Below, in pieces: positions 17,557 to 26,998 of a stretch of 64,000 bases of DNA; within the stretch, counting starts at the first letter, position 1, and each line of letters begins with the position of its first letter. The stretch comes from Deinococcales bacterium (GTDB lineage Bacteria > Deinococcota > Deinococci > Deinococcales > JAAFIG01): assembly GCA_043778225.1 (NCBI GenBank), contig JAYWGM010000091.1, positions 1 to 64,000 of the forward strand. The letters are read 5' to 3'. The notes under the pieces are model-generated. The model did no database searches, was not told the origin of the DNA, and saw only the letters and a program-made list of their open reading frames with translations. The translations under genes were made by a program, and so were the position numbers.

Positions 17557-20075
17557 AAATTCCGTATTCTTGGCTGGCTGAATTACTGCCCGAACTTCCA
17601 AAAGCAATTGACAACAATCCGCATAACCTCGAGCCGATTCTGGCAATGCTTGGCACAGGTGTCGAAGAGATTGTGTCCTTTCCCGCCCCACCTGAAGGCA
17701 TCATTTTTGGCGTGGTTCTCGAGTGTAGTCCAATTCCCGAAACGCATTTATTCAAGCTCCAAGTGGACGTTGGTCTCGAGAACAAAAAGCAAATCGTGAC
17801 TGGTGCGCCAAATGCTAAAGCGGGTGTGGGCGTAGCTATTGCGCCACCAAACACCACCATTCAAGGCAAACTGCTCGAGGAGCGCTTGGTGCAGGGTGAA
17901 ACCTCGTGGGGGATGGCGTGTAGCCCCAAAGAACTTGGGATTGGAGAGTATGCTGCTGGTTTGCTCGAGTTGCCAGTTAATAATGCGAAGGCTGGTACGC
18001 CGCTCTCGAGCTTCTGGGCGGCAGACTATGTGCTGGACATTGAAATCACCCCCAATCGAGCCGATGCGCTGTCGGTCTTGGGCATTGCCAGAGATTTGGC
18101 GGCAAAACTGAAACTCGAGTTGAAACCCCCGTCAAGCGGTCTCGAGTCAGTGCATGATGATACTTTCCCAGTTCAAATCGAACTCGACCCAAATTTAGGC
18201 TGTGACCGTTTTGTGGCTCGAGTGATTAAAAATGTCAAAAACCAGCCCAGCCCAGCATGGTTGCAACGCCGCCTAAGTTTATGTGGAATGCGTCCAATTT
18301 CTGCACTGGTGGATGCCAGCAATTACATCATGCTCGAGCTTGGGCAGCCGAGCGCAGCGTATGATGCACAGGATATTCCAGAAAATAAAATTGTGGTGCG
18401 AGATGCTGTTCTAGGCGAAAAGGTACTTGGTTTGGATGGTCTCGAGTACGAGTGCAACCCCAAGGATTTATTGGTCACCACCCCAGTAAACGGCGAATCT
18501 CGAGTGGTTGGCATTGGCAGTATGCTTGGCGCGAAATACTCGAGTATCCAACCTGACACGACCGATGTCATTCTCGAAGTGGCGCATTGGAATCCAGTCA
18601 GAATGCGCTTGACTGGACGGCGCTTGGGCATTGCCACCGATGCCCTGTACCGCTACGAGCGTGGTGTTGACCCGAACTTGCCAGTTTGGGCAGCGAACCG
18701 CTATATAGAGCTTGTACAAGCAGCTTGTGGCGGCGTTGTTCTCGAGGGACACCGTGATGTTGGTGGGGAAAAACCAAGAAAGGTGATTGAGATTCGTCCA
18801 GAATTTGTGAATCAGTATTTAGGTACAAATTTTGCTTGGGAAGAGATGCAAGCTGCCCTCGAGCGCTTGGGTTTTGAGGTTGAAGTCACCAATGATACAA
18901 AAATCTTCATGACCAAACCAACCGCAAAATCAGTGACCGATTATGCCGAGCAAAAAAGTATGCCACTTCGAGAAAGTCTAGGTGTTCTACGGTCTCACTA
19001 TGACGAGATTGCTGATAAAGTCGAACCTCTTTGGAAAGTCCACGCCCCAACCTACCGCGTCAACATGGACATCCCCGAGGATTTAACCGAAGAAATTGCT
19101 CGAGTCTTGGGGTATGATTTAATCCCCGAAACATTACCAAATATCAAAGTCAACGACCTCACCCGCAGCACTTCGGAAGCCTATAACCGTACTCGAGAAC
19201 TCAAAAACGCACTGGTCGGCTTGGGTTTTCAAGAGATTGTGTCTTACAGTTTTACCAGCCCCGAAGAAATGAAAATCATGAAATTGCCCGAGCCGATTCT
19301 CGAGCTTAGAAATGCCCAAAGTTCTGAACGCACACACTTGCGCCCATGCTTAATCGGCAGTTTACTGAATGCTGCCAAGACCAATTTGCAAGCCAAAAAT
19401 ATACTGCTGTTTGAAGTCGGACGGGTTTTCCCAAGCCTCGAACTCGAGGAAGAACGGCTTGGCGCACTTTTAATGGGCGATTTTTCCAGCAAAACATGGC
19501 AACCGAGTATGGCTGGCGGTTTCTATAGCTTTAAGGGTTTGCTCGAGGTTGCTGCCACCAAACTGGGGGATGACCTCAAAGTTGTGCCAATCGAAAAACA
19601 CGTGGCGCAAAAACCCGAATGCTTGCATCCCGGAATTGTGGGAGCGCTCGAGTATAACGGGCAATTTGTGGGTATTATCGGCGCGGTACATCCAAGTGTA
19701 TCAGCCGCCCTCGAGTTACCAAGCAACATCATGATTGCTGAAATTCGCTTGCCTTTGCCGACTCGAGCCTGGGCATTTGCCGACCCAAGCCGTCAGCCAG
19801 CCGCAATTCGGGACTTGGCAATTATTGCCGACAAAACCTTAGCGTACTCAAGACTCGAGGAAATCACCAAAAATGCAGCCGGTGCGTTTCTCGAGAGCGT
19901 TGCTCCATTCGATGTTTTTGAATCCGAACGGATTGGTTTTGGTAAGCGTAGCACAGCCATCACCATGACGTGGCGAGCGCAAAACCGAACCCTGACCGAT
20001 GAAGAAGTTGGGGCGGCGTTTCAAAATGTAATTGCGGCGATGCGAACTGCTGGTCTCGAGATTCGGGATTCATGA
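17553..20075 (+). CDS. pheT: phenylalanine--tRNA ligase beta subunit
   Basis: MKIPYSWL, ITPNRADALS, RYERGVD, DLTEEIAR, RDLA. Confidence 0.97.
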   Translation: MKIPYSWLAELLPELPKAIDNNPHNLEPILAMLGTGVEEIVSFPAPPEGIIFGVVLECSPIPETHLFKLQVDVGLENKKQIVTGAPNAKAGVGVAIAPPNTTIQGKLLEERLVQGETSWGMACSPKELGIGEYAAGLLELPVNNAKAGTPLSSFWAADYVLDIEITPNRADALSVLGIARDLAAKLKLELKPPSSGLESVHDDTFPVQIELDPNLGCDRFVARVIKNVKNQPSPAWLQRRLSLCGMRPISALVDASNYIMLELGQPSAAYDAQDIPENKIVVRDAVLGEKVLGLDGLEYECNPKDLLVTTPVNGESRVVGIGSMLGAKYSSIQPDTTDVILEVAHWNPVRMRLTGRRLGIATDALYRYERGVDPNLPVWAANRYIELVQAACGGVVLEGHRDVGGEKPRKVIEIRPEFVNQYLGTNFAWEEMQAALERLGFEVEVTNDTKIFMTKPTAKSVTDYAEQKSMPLRESLGVLRSHYDEIADKVEPLWKVHAPTYRVNMDIPEDLTEEIARVLGYDLIPETLPNIKVNDLTRSTSEAYNRTRELKNALVGLGFQEIVSYSFTSPEEMKIMKLPEPILELRNAQSSERTHLRPCLIGSLLNAAKTNLQAKNILLFEVGRVFPSLELEEERLGALLMGDFSSKTWQPSMAGGFYSFKGLLEVAATKLGDDLKVVPIEKHVAQKPECLHPGIVGALEYNGQFVGIIGAVHPSVSAALELPSNIMIAEIRLPLPTRAWAFADPSRQPAAIRDLAIIADKTLAYSRLEEITKNAAGAFLESVAPFDVFESERIGFGKRSTAITMTWRAQNRTLTDEEVGAAFQNVIAAMRTAGLEIRDS

Positions 20076-20518
20076 TGTTAAGAATTTATTTGGATTGCTG
20101 TTCTTTACAACGTCCTTTTGACGACCAGACCCAGCCTCGAATTAAAGTGGAATCCGAAGCAGTTCTGGCGATTTTAGCAATTGTTGAAAACAGCGAAGTA
20201 ACACTGCTAAATTCGGATGCACTCGAGTATGAAATTAGGCGTATTCCAGATACTATTCGCCGAGTTGAATCACAAGCACTGCTTAGACTCGCTAAAGAAT
20301 TTATTGCCATGTCCTCTGCTATTTCTGTTCAAGCCAATTCGTTTCATGCGCGTGGTATTCGCCCTATGGATGCCGTTCACTTAGCGGCGGCTCATGTTGC
20401 AAAAGCAGATTTCTTTTGTACAACCGATGACAAGTTCTTAAAGGTAGCTCGGGGAATAACGCAGTTATCGTGTAAAGTAGTTTCGGTACTGGATTTATTG
20501 TTGGAGGTTTCATCATGA
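20072..20518 (+). CDS. PIN-domain toxin
   Basis: IYLDCC..RPFDD, DAVHLA, TTDD. Confidence 0.85.
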   Translation: MMLRIYLDCCSLQRPFDDQTQPRIKVESEAVLAILAIVENSEVTLLNSDALEYEIRRIPDTIRRVESQALLRLAKEFIAMSSAISVQANSFHARGIRPMDAVHLAAAHVAKADFFCTTDDKFLKVARGITQLSCKVVSVLDLLLEVSS

Positions 20519-20721
20519 ATGCACAAATTATGCCTATTGCTCAGATTACTCAACAAGCCACTCAAGTGTTGGTTCGTGAATTGGGCGCGGTCAATACGAT
20601 TCGGTTTTTGAATCAGTTTAGGGTTGGTCAAGGTGATTATACTATTGAACGCGAACAGCTTTTTGCAGATACAAGTTTAGAAGAAATTCTGAGTAATTTG
20701 AAACAAAATTATGATTCCTAA
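20515..20721 (+). CDS. putative antitoxin downstream of PIN
   Basis: 68 aa, ELG...TIRFL.QF..G.GDYT.ER; ATGA overlap with the PIN gene. Confidence 0.7.
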   Translation: MNAQIMPIAQITQQATQVLVRELGAVNTIRFLNQFRVGQGDYTIEREQLFADTSLEEILSNLKQNYDS

Positions 20722-21361
20722 AGCTGTCCTATTCGATTTAGACGATACCCTCCATGACCGCCGCTCGAGTGTCGAGGTGTTCACGCCGACTTTGTACCAG
20801 TTTCTCGAGCCGTGGCTGGTTGGCGTATCGCTCGAGGATTTTAGAACTGGGCTGCATCGTCTAGATTACGGCGGTTATGTGCCTCGAGAAGTGTTTATGC
20901 AGCGTTTACTCGAGGCGTTTGGCGCTACAAATTTCGATGCAGTCGAACTGGCTAAATTCTGGCGCTCTGAATTTGCAAACTTTGCCCAACCAATGCACGG
21001 GGCTTATGAATTGCTCGAGTTTTTGCGGCTCAGAGGAATCAAAACGGGTATTGTCTCGAATGGGACGGTACAGTTACAGCAAGCCAAAATAGTTGCGCTC
21101 GAGTTAAAAGTGGATGTAATCGTTATTTCTGAAGCAGTTGGTGTTAAAAAACCTTCTGCCGAGCCGTTTCTCGAAGCGTTGCGGTTGCTCGAGGTTCAGG
21201 CATCCGAAACATGGTTTGTTGGCGATCATCCTGTTAATGATGTAGAAGGAGCTATGGCGGTTGGCATCAAAGCGTTTTGGCTCGAGCGGGAGCAAAAAGC
21301 TGAAGCTATGCAAGCCACACGAATTTTAAGTTTACTCGAGCTGCGCGGGTTTCTCGAGTAA
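20711..21361 (+). CDS. HAD-superfamily hydrolase
   Basis: FDLDDTL, SNG, KP, VGDHPVND. Confidence 0.92.
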   Translation: MIPKAVLFDLDDTLHDRRSSVEVFTPTLYQFLEPWLVGVSLEDFRTGLHRLDYGGYVPREVFMQRLLEAFGATNFDAVELAKFWRSEFANFAQPMHGAYELLEFLRLRGIKTGIVSNGTVQLQQAKIVALELKVDVIVISEAVGVKKPSAEPFLEALRLLEVQASETWFVGDHPVNDVEGAMAVGIKAFWLEREQKAEAMQATRILSLLELRGFLE

Positions 21362-21369
21362 TGAAACAA

Positions 21370-21400
21370 CAAAAAAGACCGAAGTGAATGCTTCGGTCTT
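21370..21400 (-). terminator. intrinsic terminator (probably bidirectional)
   Basis: AAGACCGAAG-N6-CTTCGGTCTT stem; T tract on the minus strand. Confidence 0.85.
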
Positions 21401-21584
21401 CTCAGTACCCGTCTGGAATTGGGACTTGTCCCACCACTCGGGTTTCTCGCGTTCTGGCTGCGTCCTTTGTCGGACGCTATTCAGAGGCGAAGTGCAAACG
21501 CTAAGCGTTTACAGGGTTAGCCCCGACGGGCACCTCCACCAACTTGATTTATATGTAACAGCTGGATCACCTCCTTTTTGGTAT
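21370..21584 (-). ncRNA. candidate structured RNA with a 5' 17-nt complement of the 16S rRNA 3' end
   Basis: TACACT -10 at 21596-21591, multi-stem domain 21405-21533, terminator 21370-21400. Confidence 0.6.
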
Positions 21585-21605
21585 GGACAGAGTGTATCAT
21601 ACTTT

Positions 21606-22592
21606 GTGACCGAAAATGTAATCAAGAATGCGAACTCGAGTCTAAGCCATCCGACTTATGCGCCCCTGCTCTGTGTTGGCGACCTCAACTGGGATGTCTT
21701 GGCAAAACCCGACCATATTTTATTAAGTGGCGGCGATACAACCGGACGGGTGCAACTCGCCCACGGTGGCTCGAGTGCCAATGTGGCGGTTTGGGCGCGA
21801 CGGGTCGGGATGCCAACTGGTTTTTTGGGCAAAATTGGGCGCGACCAATTTGGAGCGTTTGCGCTGGCTAAACTCGAAGAAGAACAAGTTGTGCCGTATA
21901 TGATTTGGTCGGAGCAGCACGCCACTGGTGTGGTTTTGGTGCTGATAGACTCGAGCGGACAACGCAGTATGTTGACCAATCAAGGCGCAGATTTTTTTCT
22001 TTTGCCAGACGAACTGCCAAGAGGTGTGATTGCGGCGGCAAAACACGTCCATATCACGGCTTGGAGCTTATTTACCGACCCACCTCGAGCCGCCGCCCTC
22101 GAAGCCGCCCGAATTGCCACCGAAGCTGGCGCAACCGTCAGCTTTGACCCGGGGAGTTACCAAATGATTCGCCAGATGGGACGCGAGGAATTCAAACGCG
22201 CCACCAAAGCACTTTCGATAGACATTATGTTTCCAAATCTCGAGGAAGGTAGGGCTTTAACCGGCGCACAAAACCCCGAGGACGTTTTAGCTGCCCTGCG
22301 CCAAGAATATCCAGAAACGCTGATGTGCCTAAAACTTGATAAAGATGGTGCAATGGTGGCTGACTCGAGCAGTATCTTTCAAGTTGAAGCCACCAAAGAC
22401 ACGGTTATAGATGCAACAGGCGCTGGCGATAGTTTCTGCGGGGCGTTCCTTGGGCATTATCTGCGTTCTAAGGATGCTCGAGCCGCCGCTGCACTGGCTG
22501 CCCAAGTGGCGGGTTGGGTGGTCAGCGTGTTTGGTGCAAGACCCGAAATGGAGTCAAATCTCGAGGAGCGGATAAAAAAATATGGCTATTGA
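21606..22592 (+). CDS. PfkB family carbohydrate kinase
   Basis: GGSSANVA and DATGAGDSF; GTG start inferred just after TATCAT (the ORF track over-extends to 21384). Confidence 0.88.
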   Translation: MTENVIKNANSSLSHPTYAPLLCVGDLNWDVLAKPDHILLSGGDTTGRVQLAHGGSSANVAVWARRVGMPTGFLGKIGRDQFGAFALAKLEEEQVVPYMIWSEQHATGVVLVLIDSSGQRSMLTNQGADFFLLPDELPRGVIAAAKHVHITAWSLFTDPPRAAALEAARIATEAGATVSFDPGSYQMIRQMGREEFKRATKALSIDIMFPNLEEGRALTGAQNPEDVLAALRQEYPETLMCLKLDKDGAMVADSSSIFQVEATKDTVIDATGAGDSFCGAFLGHYLRSKDARAAAALAAQVAGWVVSVFGARPEMESNLEERIKKYGY

Positions 22593-22595
22593 TAA

Positions 22596-22630
22596 CAAAA
22601 AGACGAGAGCTTCATTGCTCTCGTCTTTTG
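22596..22630. terminator. bidirectional terminator
   Basis: AAAAGACGAGAGC-loop-GCTCTCGTCTTTT between convergent genes. Confidence 0.85.
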
Positions 22631-22640
22631 ATGTGGTGGT

Positions 22641-24821
22641 TTACTTCTCGAGTTTGACTTCGATGCTCTTTTCGTCTGGGAATCGGACTTCTTTGGTAAA
22701 TTCCTTAAAGCCAGTGGCAACCACTTTGAGGGTATAAAAGCCATTGGGAATTTTGCTCAGACTTGCTCGGCTGGACTTGGCATCCACCGTTTGTAGCGTG
22801 GTTGTTCCCTCGAGTAGCGTTACCTTGGCTTCGGTTGCACCAACCAATTTAATCTCGAGCGGTGGGTTTTTGGCGGCTTCGTCGGCTTTGCGCTTGTCGT
22901 CTTCGGCTTTGCGCTTGGCTTCGTCGGCAGCTTTTTGCTTGGTGGCTTCGAGCGCTTTGGCTTCAAGTTGCTTGCCTACGCCTTTTTCGCCAATGTACAA
23001 GTTCTCGGCTTTGGCGGCTTTGACGGCTGCCGTCAGCCAGTTCTGACCCTCGAGGCTGCGCTTAGAAGCCAAGGCTTTTTCTTTGGCATCTTCAAAGACT
23101 TCGCTGATTGGCTTGGTCTTTTTCTCGATAAAGCTCGAGACCCCAAGCACAATAAATTTCTTGTCTTTTTGAATCACATCAGAAACTTCAAATGCACCCG
23201 CTTTGCTCAGGGCTTTGGCTTCAAAAACGACCGTTTTGTATTCTGGGGCAATGCTTTCTGGGGTCAATGCGCCAAGCTCAGAGACTGTGCCTTGTTGTTT
23301 GGCAGCACTCTTGGTGAAATCGCCACCACCTTGGGCAACAAAAGCGCTTCTAAAGGCTTTGGCGGCATCAATGCTGGTGAATGTAGCCTCGGCAATGTTG
23401 GCGCTGGCTGGGGTGCTGTAGAGCGCCACATTGTCTTTGTAATACTTGGCAACATCGGCATCGGTAATGCTGACATCTTTGGTTTTCCATTGCTTGGCTT
23501 GATTGACAATATCTTGTTCTGAACCAAAAAATGGCTGCCCAAGTGTTTTGGCGGCTTGTACGCCGACCACACCACTAATCAGGGTCTCGAGGGTTTGGGG
23601 CTTAAAGAATTGCTCGACCAACTGGGCGCTCTGGGCTGCGCCACCCTGTTGAATAAATTGCTGAATCTGTTGGTTTTGCAAATAGACAAGGCGGTTTAAC
23701 TGGTTGAGTTTAATTTCTTCTTTGCCAACCTTTGCCACGGTCGGATTGAAATACTCGAGTTTTTGCTCGATGCCATCTTTGGTAATTTCAACTTTGGCGT
23801 TTTTCTCGAGTTCCTTAATCCAGGCTTCGGTCGCGCCACTGCTTTTTAAGGCTTTGGCATCTTCCTCGAGCTTGGCTTTGGCTTCCTCAAAGGTTTGTTG
23901 ACCAGCCGCAAAGTATTTTTCGACTTTTAAGAAGTAGAACTTGCCACCTTCGGCAATCGGTGCAGTCACGCCACCTGTTTTGAGAGCAAAGGCGGCGGTC
24001 GCAACATTGGTTGGCAGTGCCAGTTGCACCACGGGGACTGGGGTTTTCTTGCCTTTTTCTGAAGCAATCGCACCATCTTCGGCTTTTGTGGAATCATCTT
24101 TGCTGTACTCGCGCACTAATTTTACAAAGTCTTCGTTGGCTTTGAGTTTGGCGCTGACTTCATCGGCGGTTTTTTGGTCATTGACCACAATTTGTCGTGC
24201 GGTGATGCGCTCTTCGTTTTTGTAATTGGTTTTATTGAGTTCCCAAAACAATTTCAGTTCGGCTTCGGTGACTTTCTGGGCATCTTGAATTTCTTTTAAG
24301 CGGGCTTGGATTTTTTGTTGCAAAGTAACAGTCTCGCGGAAAGTCGCGTCAGTGTAGCCCTGCGCTCGAATTGCATTTTGGTAATCCGAGTCTTTGGCTA
24401 AATTTTGACCAGCCCGAAACTGAGCAATAAACTTAGAAACTTCGTCTGCGCCTAAACGTATACTTCTCGAGTCGGCTTCAGCTGCCTTAAAAAGCACAGT
24501 TTGACTGAGTAATTGGTTTTGTAAATCCTGACCAATCACGCCGTCTAAGCCAAGGCTAAACAGCGGACTGCCACCACGGTTGCGTTCTAAATCGCGTTCA
24601 AAAATTGGTAAGCCATTGACCGTCATGATGGTTTTGCCATTGCTTTGTGCGCCAGCCCCACCACCACCTAAATTTGGCGTAAATTGAATCACCATACCAG
24701 CCAGAAGCGCCACAGCCACCACGCCAAGCACAACACGAGAAACTAAGGTACGCTTCGAGACTGGTTCTTGGGTCTCGAGCGCGGCGTAACGGGGTTTACG
24801 GGGTGTATCGTTCACTTGCAT
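22641..24821 (-). CDS. membrane-anchored SurA/PpiD-like peptidyl-prolyl isomerase with a C-terminal beta-sandwich
   Basis: N-terminal TM, ARQIVV..F..L.REYS.D rotamase motif, duplicated architecture. Confidence 0.8.
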   Translation of the reverse strand: MQVNDTPRKPRYAALETQEPVSKRTLVSRVVLGVVAVALLAGMVIQFTPNLGGGGAGAQSNGKTIMTVNGLPIFERDLERNRGGSPLFSLGLDGVIGQDLQNQLLSQTVLFKAAEADSRSIRLGADEVSKFIAQFRAGQNLAKDSDYQNAIRAQGYTDATFRETVTLQQKIQARLKEIQDAQKVTEAELKLFWELNKTNYKNEERITARQIVVNDQKTADEVSAKLKANEDFVKLVREYSKDDSTKAEDGAIASEKGKKTPVPVVQLALPTNVATAAFALKTGGVTAPIAEGGKFYFLKVEKYFAAGQQTFEEAKAKLEEDAKALKSSGATEAWIKELEKNAKVEITKDGIEQKLEYFNPTVAKVGKEEIKLNQLNRLVYLQNQQIQQFIQQGGAAQSAQLVEQFFKPQTLETLISGVVGVQAAKTLGQPFFGSEQDIVNQAKQWKTKDVSITDADVAKYYKDNVALYSTPASANIAEATFTSIDAAKAFRSAFVAQGGGDFTKSAAKQQGTVSELGALTPESIAPEYKTVVFEAKALSKAGAFEVSDVIQKDKKFIVLGVSSFIEKKTKPISEVFEDAKEKALASKRSLEGQNWLTAAVKAAKAENLYIGEKGVGKQLEAKALEATKQKAADEAKRKAEDDKRKADEAAKNPPLEIKLVGATEAKVTLLEGTTTLQTVDAKSSRASLSKIPNGFYTLKVVATGFKEFTKEVRFPDEKSIEVKLEK

Positions 24822-24852
24822 TCCTCCTCGGTGCGTGCTACTAATTTCCTGC

Positions 24853-24929
24853 GCGCCCGTAGCTCAGTCGGATAGAGCGTTGCCCTCCGGAGGCAAAGGT
24901 CAGAGGTTCGAATCCCCTCGGGCGCACCA
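24853..24929 (+). tRNA. tRNA-Arg(CCG)
   Basis: 77-nt cloverleaf, anticodon loop CTCCGGA, GGTTCGAATC, encoded CCA. Confidence 0.96.
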
Positions 24930-25147
24930 TCTTCAGCACACCCTAGCCCCTCGGTTGGGGTTTTTTACTACCCCAAGGCACTATATCAGCGGGTCAGTTT
25001 AACACGCCAAAACAAGGACAAGTGAGTCTAAAATGAATAATTTCAGGGCTGAATCATGAACTTAGGCGTTGGTCTATACTGGGTCTCAAAACACGCCTCA
25101 TCTCGAGTATTAAAAAGCGCCACCTTGTTGCGGTAGCGCTGGCACTT

Positions 25148-26821
25148 CTAATCCAGAAAATCACGCAATTTGCGGGTGCGAGATTCGTGGTACTTGAGTT
25201 TCCGCAAGGCTTTATTTTCGATTTGTCGAATCCGCTCACGGGTGACATTAAAATACTGCCCAACTTCCTCAAGCGTGTGTTCGCGCCCGTCTATTAAGCC
25301 TTTTCGCAATTTTAAGACCATCGCTTCGCGCTCGGTCAGTTTGGCGAGGGCTTTCTCGAGTTCTTCGGACAGTAAACTTTTGGCAGCGTTGTCTACTGGC
25401 GTATCGAGGTTATCGTCGGGGATAAAATCGCCATAAAAGCTGTCTTTCTCGTCACCAATTGGGGTCTCGAGCGAAACGGGTTCTTGCGAAACTTTTAAAA
25501 CTTCTTCAACTTTTTCGGCATTCCAGCCCGGTCCCATCGCCTCGGCAATCTCTTCAAAACTTGGTTCTCGAGACAATTCTTGTTGCAATTGTCTGGCGGT
25601 GCGGGTCAATTTATTGATTGTTTCGACCATATGGACTGGTATCCGAATGGTGCGGGCTTGGTCGGCAATCGCGCGGTTGATCGCTTGACGAATCCACCAT
25701 GTTGCGTAGGTGCTAAATTTATAACGGCGCTTGTACTCAAATTTCTCGACTGCTCGGATTAAGCCTTGGTTGCCTTCTTGGATTAAATCCAAAAAGCTCA
25801 TGCCACGCCCCGTGTATTTTTTAGCGATGCTGACCACGAGCCGTAAGTTGGCTTCGATTAAATGCTGACGGGCGGCATCGCCGTCTTGACCTTTGCGCTT
25901 TAAGGTACGGCGGGCGCGTTCTTCGGCATCGTCTGGCAATTCGGCAAAGGCTTTTTTGGCTTCTTCGCCTTCTTCGACACGCCTCGCAAGGTCAATTTCT
26001 TCTTCTAAGGTCAAAAGCGCCACTCGACCGATTTCGTGTAAATACTGACGCACGGGGTCGTTGGTGCTTAAACGCCCTGTTTCTTCGGCAACTCGAGTTT
26101 CCAAGTCTTCTTCTTTTTCGCCCTCTTCGTCAAACCCAGCCTCGAGTCCAGCTTCGTCGTCCATCTCGAGTTCTTCGTCGTCGGCTAAGTCCTCGATAAA
26201 AATACCTTCGGACTGCAAATACTGCATCAGGTCATCGAACTCGTCGGTTTCGTCTGGATTGACTCCAAGTTCGCGCAATGCCTTGCCAAGTGCCTCGGCA
26301 GCATCGGCACTGTTGAGCATTCCGTCTTTTTTACCACGCTTAACCACATCTTTAATTGCATCGGTATCCACCCAAGCACGTTTTTTACCGCTTGGGGCTT
26401 TGCCAGCTTCAGGTTTTTTAGGGTCCGGCTTAGCAGCAACCTTTGTGGCTGGTTTAGCAGCAACCTTAGCGGCTGGCTTGGCTTCAACTTTAGCGGCTGG
26501 CTTGGCGGCAACTGGCTTTTTTGGTTCTGGCTTTGCACTGACTGGTTTTTCTGCCACGGCGGTGGTTTCTGGCTTACGAATGGCGGGTTTTTTGGCAGCA
26601 GCCACAGGTGGCTCGACTGCTTTAACGACTGGTTTAGGGGTTTGTTTACTCATAGAAGTTGTTGGTGTCGTCTCTTTCTTGGTTTGGGTGGGCGAAGTGG
26701 GCGTTTTGGGCTGGCTTTTGGCATTCGAGGCTTTGCTCGGACTGGCTTTAGCGGCTGGAATTGCTGTTTTTGCGGGTGTGCCGACTGCCTTGGTTGCTGG
26801 TTTTGCACTTGCCTTTGCCAT
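25148..26821 (-). CDS. rpoD: primary sigma factor
   Basis: [38 protein letters not shown]. Confidence 0.97.
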   Translation of the reverse strand: MAKASAKPATKAVGTPAKTAIPAAKASPSKASNAKSQPKTPTSPTQTKKETTPTTSMSKQTPKPVVKAVEPPVAAAKKPAIRKPETTAVAEKPVSAKPEPKKPVAAKPAAKVEAKPAAKVAAKPATKVAAKPDPKKPEAGKAPSGKKRAWVDTDAIKDVVKRGKKDGMLNSADAAEALGKALRELGVNPDETDEFDDLMQYLQSEGIFIEDLADDEELEMDDEAGLEAGFDEEGEKEEDLETRVAEETGRLSTNDPVRQYLHEIGRVALLTLEEEIDLARRVEEGEEAKKAFAELPDDAEERARRTLKRKGQDGDAARQHLIEANLRLVVSIAKKYTGRGMSFLDLIQEGNQGLIRAVEKFEYKRRYKFSTYATWWIRQAINRAIADQARTIRIPVHMVETINKLTRTARQLQQELSREPSFEEIAEAMGPGWNAEKVEEVLKVSQEPVSLETPIGDEKDSFYGDFIPDDNLDTPVDNAAKSLLSEELEKALAKLTEREAMVLKLRKGLIDGREHTLEEVGQYFNVTRERIRQIENKALRKLKYHESRTRKLRDFLD

Positions 26822-26998
26822 CTTTCCCCCTGCCTCGAGCCTATCTCGAGTGGTTGTCCAAGCTGCCTATAAAAAGTTGCACATGGCAGACACGGCTTTA
26901 GAGTCTAACACTCTAAGCCGACAGTATGAGTTCTTCCCCCGAAAGGGAGTGTAAAGTGTACGCAGCTTTATACAAACTGTCAAGCTATACTACAACCC

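Noticed and set aside
21405..21541. tmRNA or tRNA ending in CACCTCCACCA on the plus strand
   Set aside because: There is no T-arm (GTTCRA) and no matching acceptor 5' strand, and it is too short for tmRNA.
21555..21580. 16S rRNA gene or fragment
   Set aside because: Only the last 17 nt match. Upstream helix 44/45 sequence is absent, and the promoter and terminator point to the antisense strand.
21384..21605. N-terminal 74 aa of the track's PfkB ORF
   Set aside because: It starts inside a terminator and crosses the RNA element; GTG 21606 after TATCAT fits better.
24853..25147. Prophage or island integrated at tRNA-Arg
   Set aside because: No integrase and no duplicated tRNA 3' end; a terminator and rpoD follow directly.
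26380..26821. Lys/Ala/Pro repeat N-terminus of SigA as a novelty
   Set aside because: Long low-complexity SigA N-termini are already known in Deinococcus and Actinobacteria.
26061..26954. 297-aa plus-strand ORF, and similar shadow ORFs such as 22935-23522 and 2292-2888
   Set aside because: These are antisense shadows of well-supported genes.
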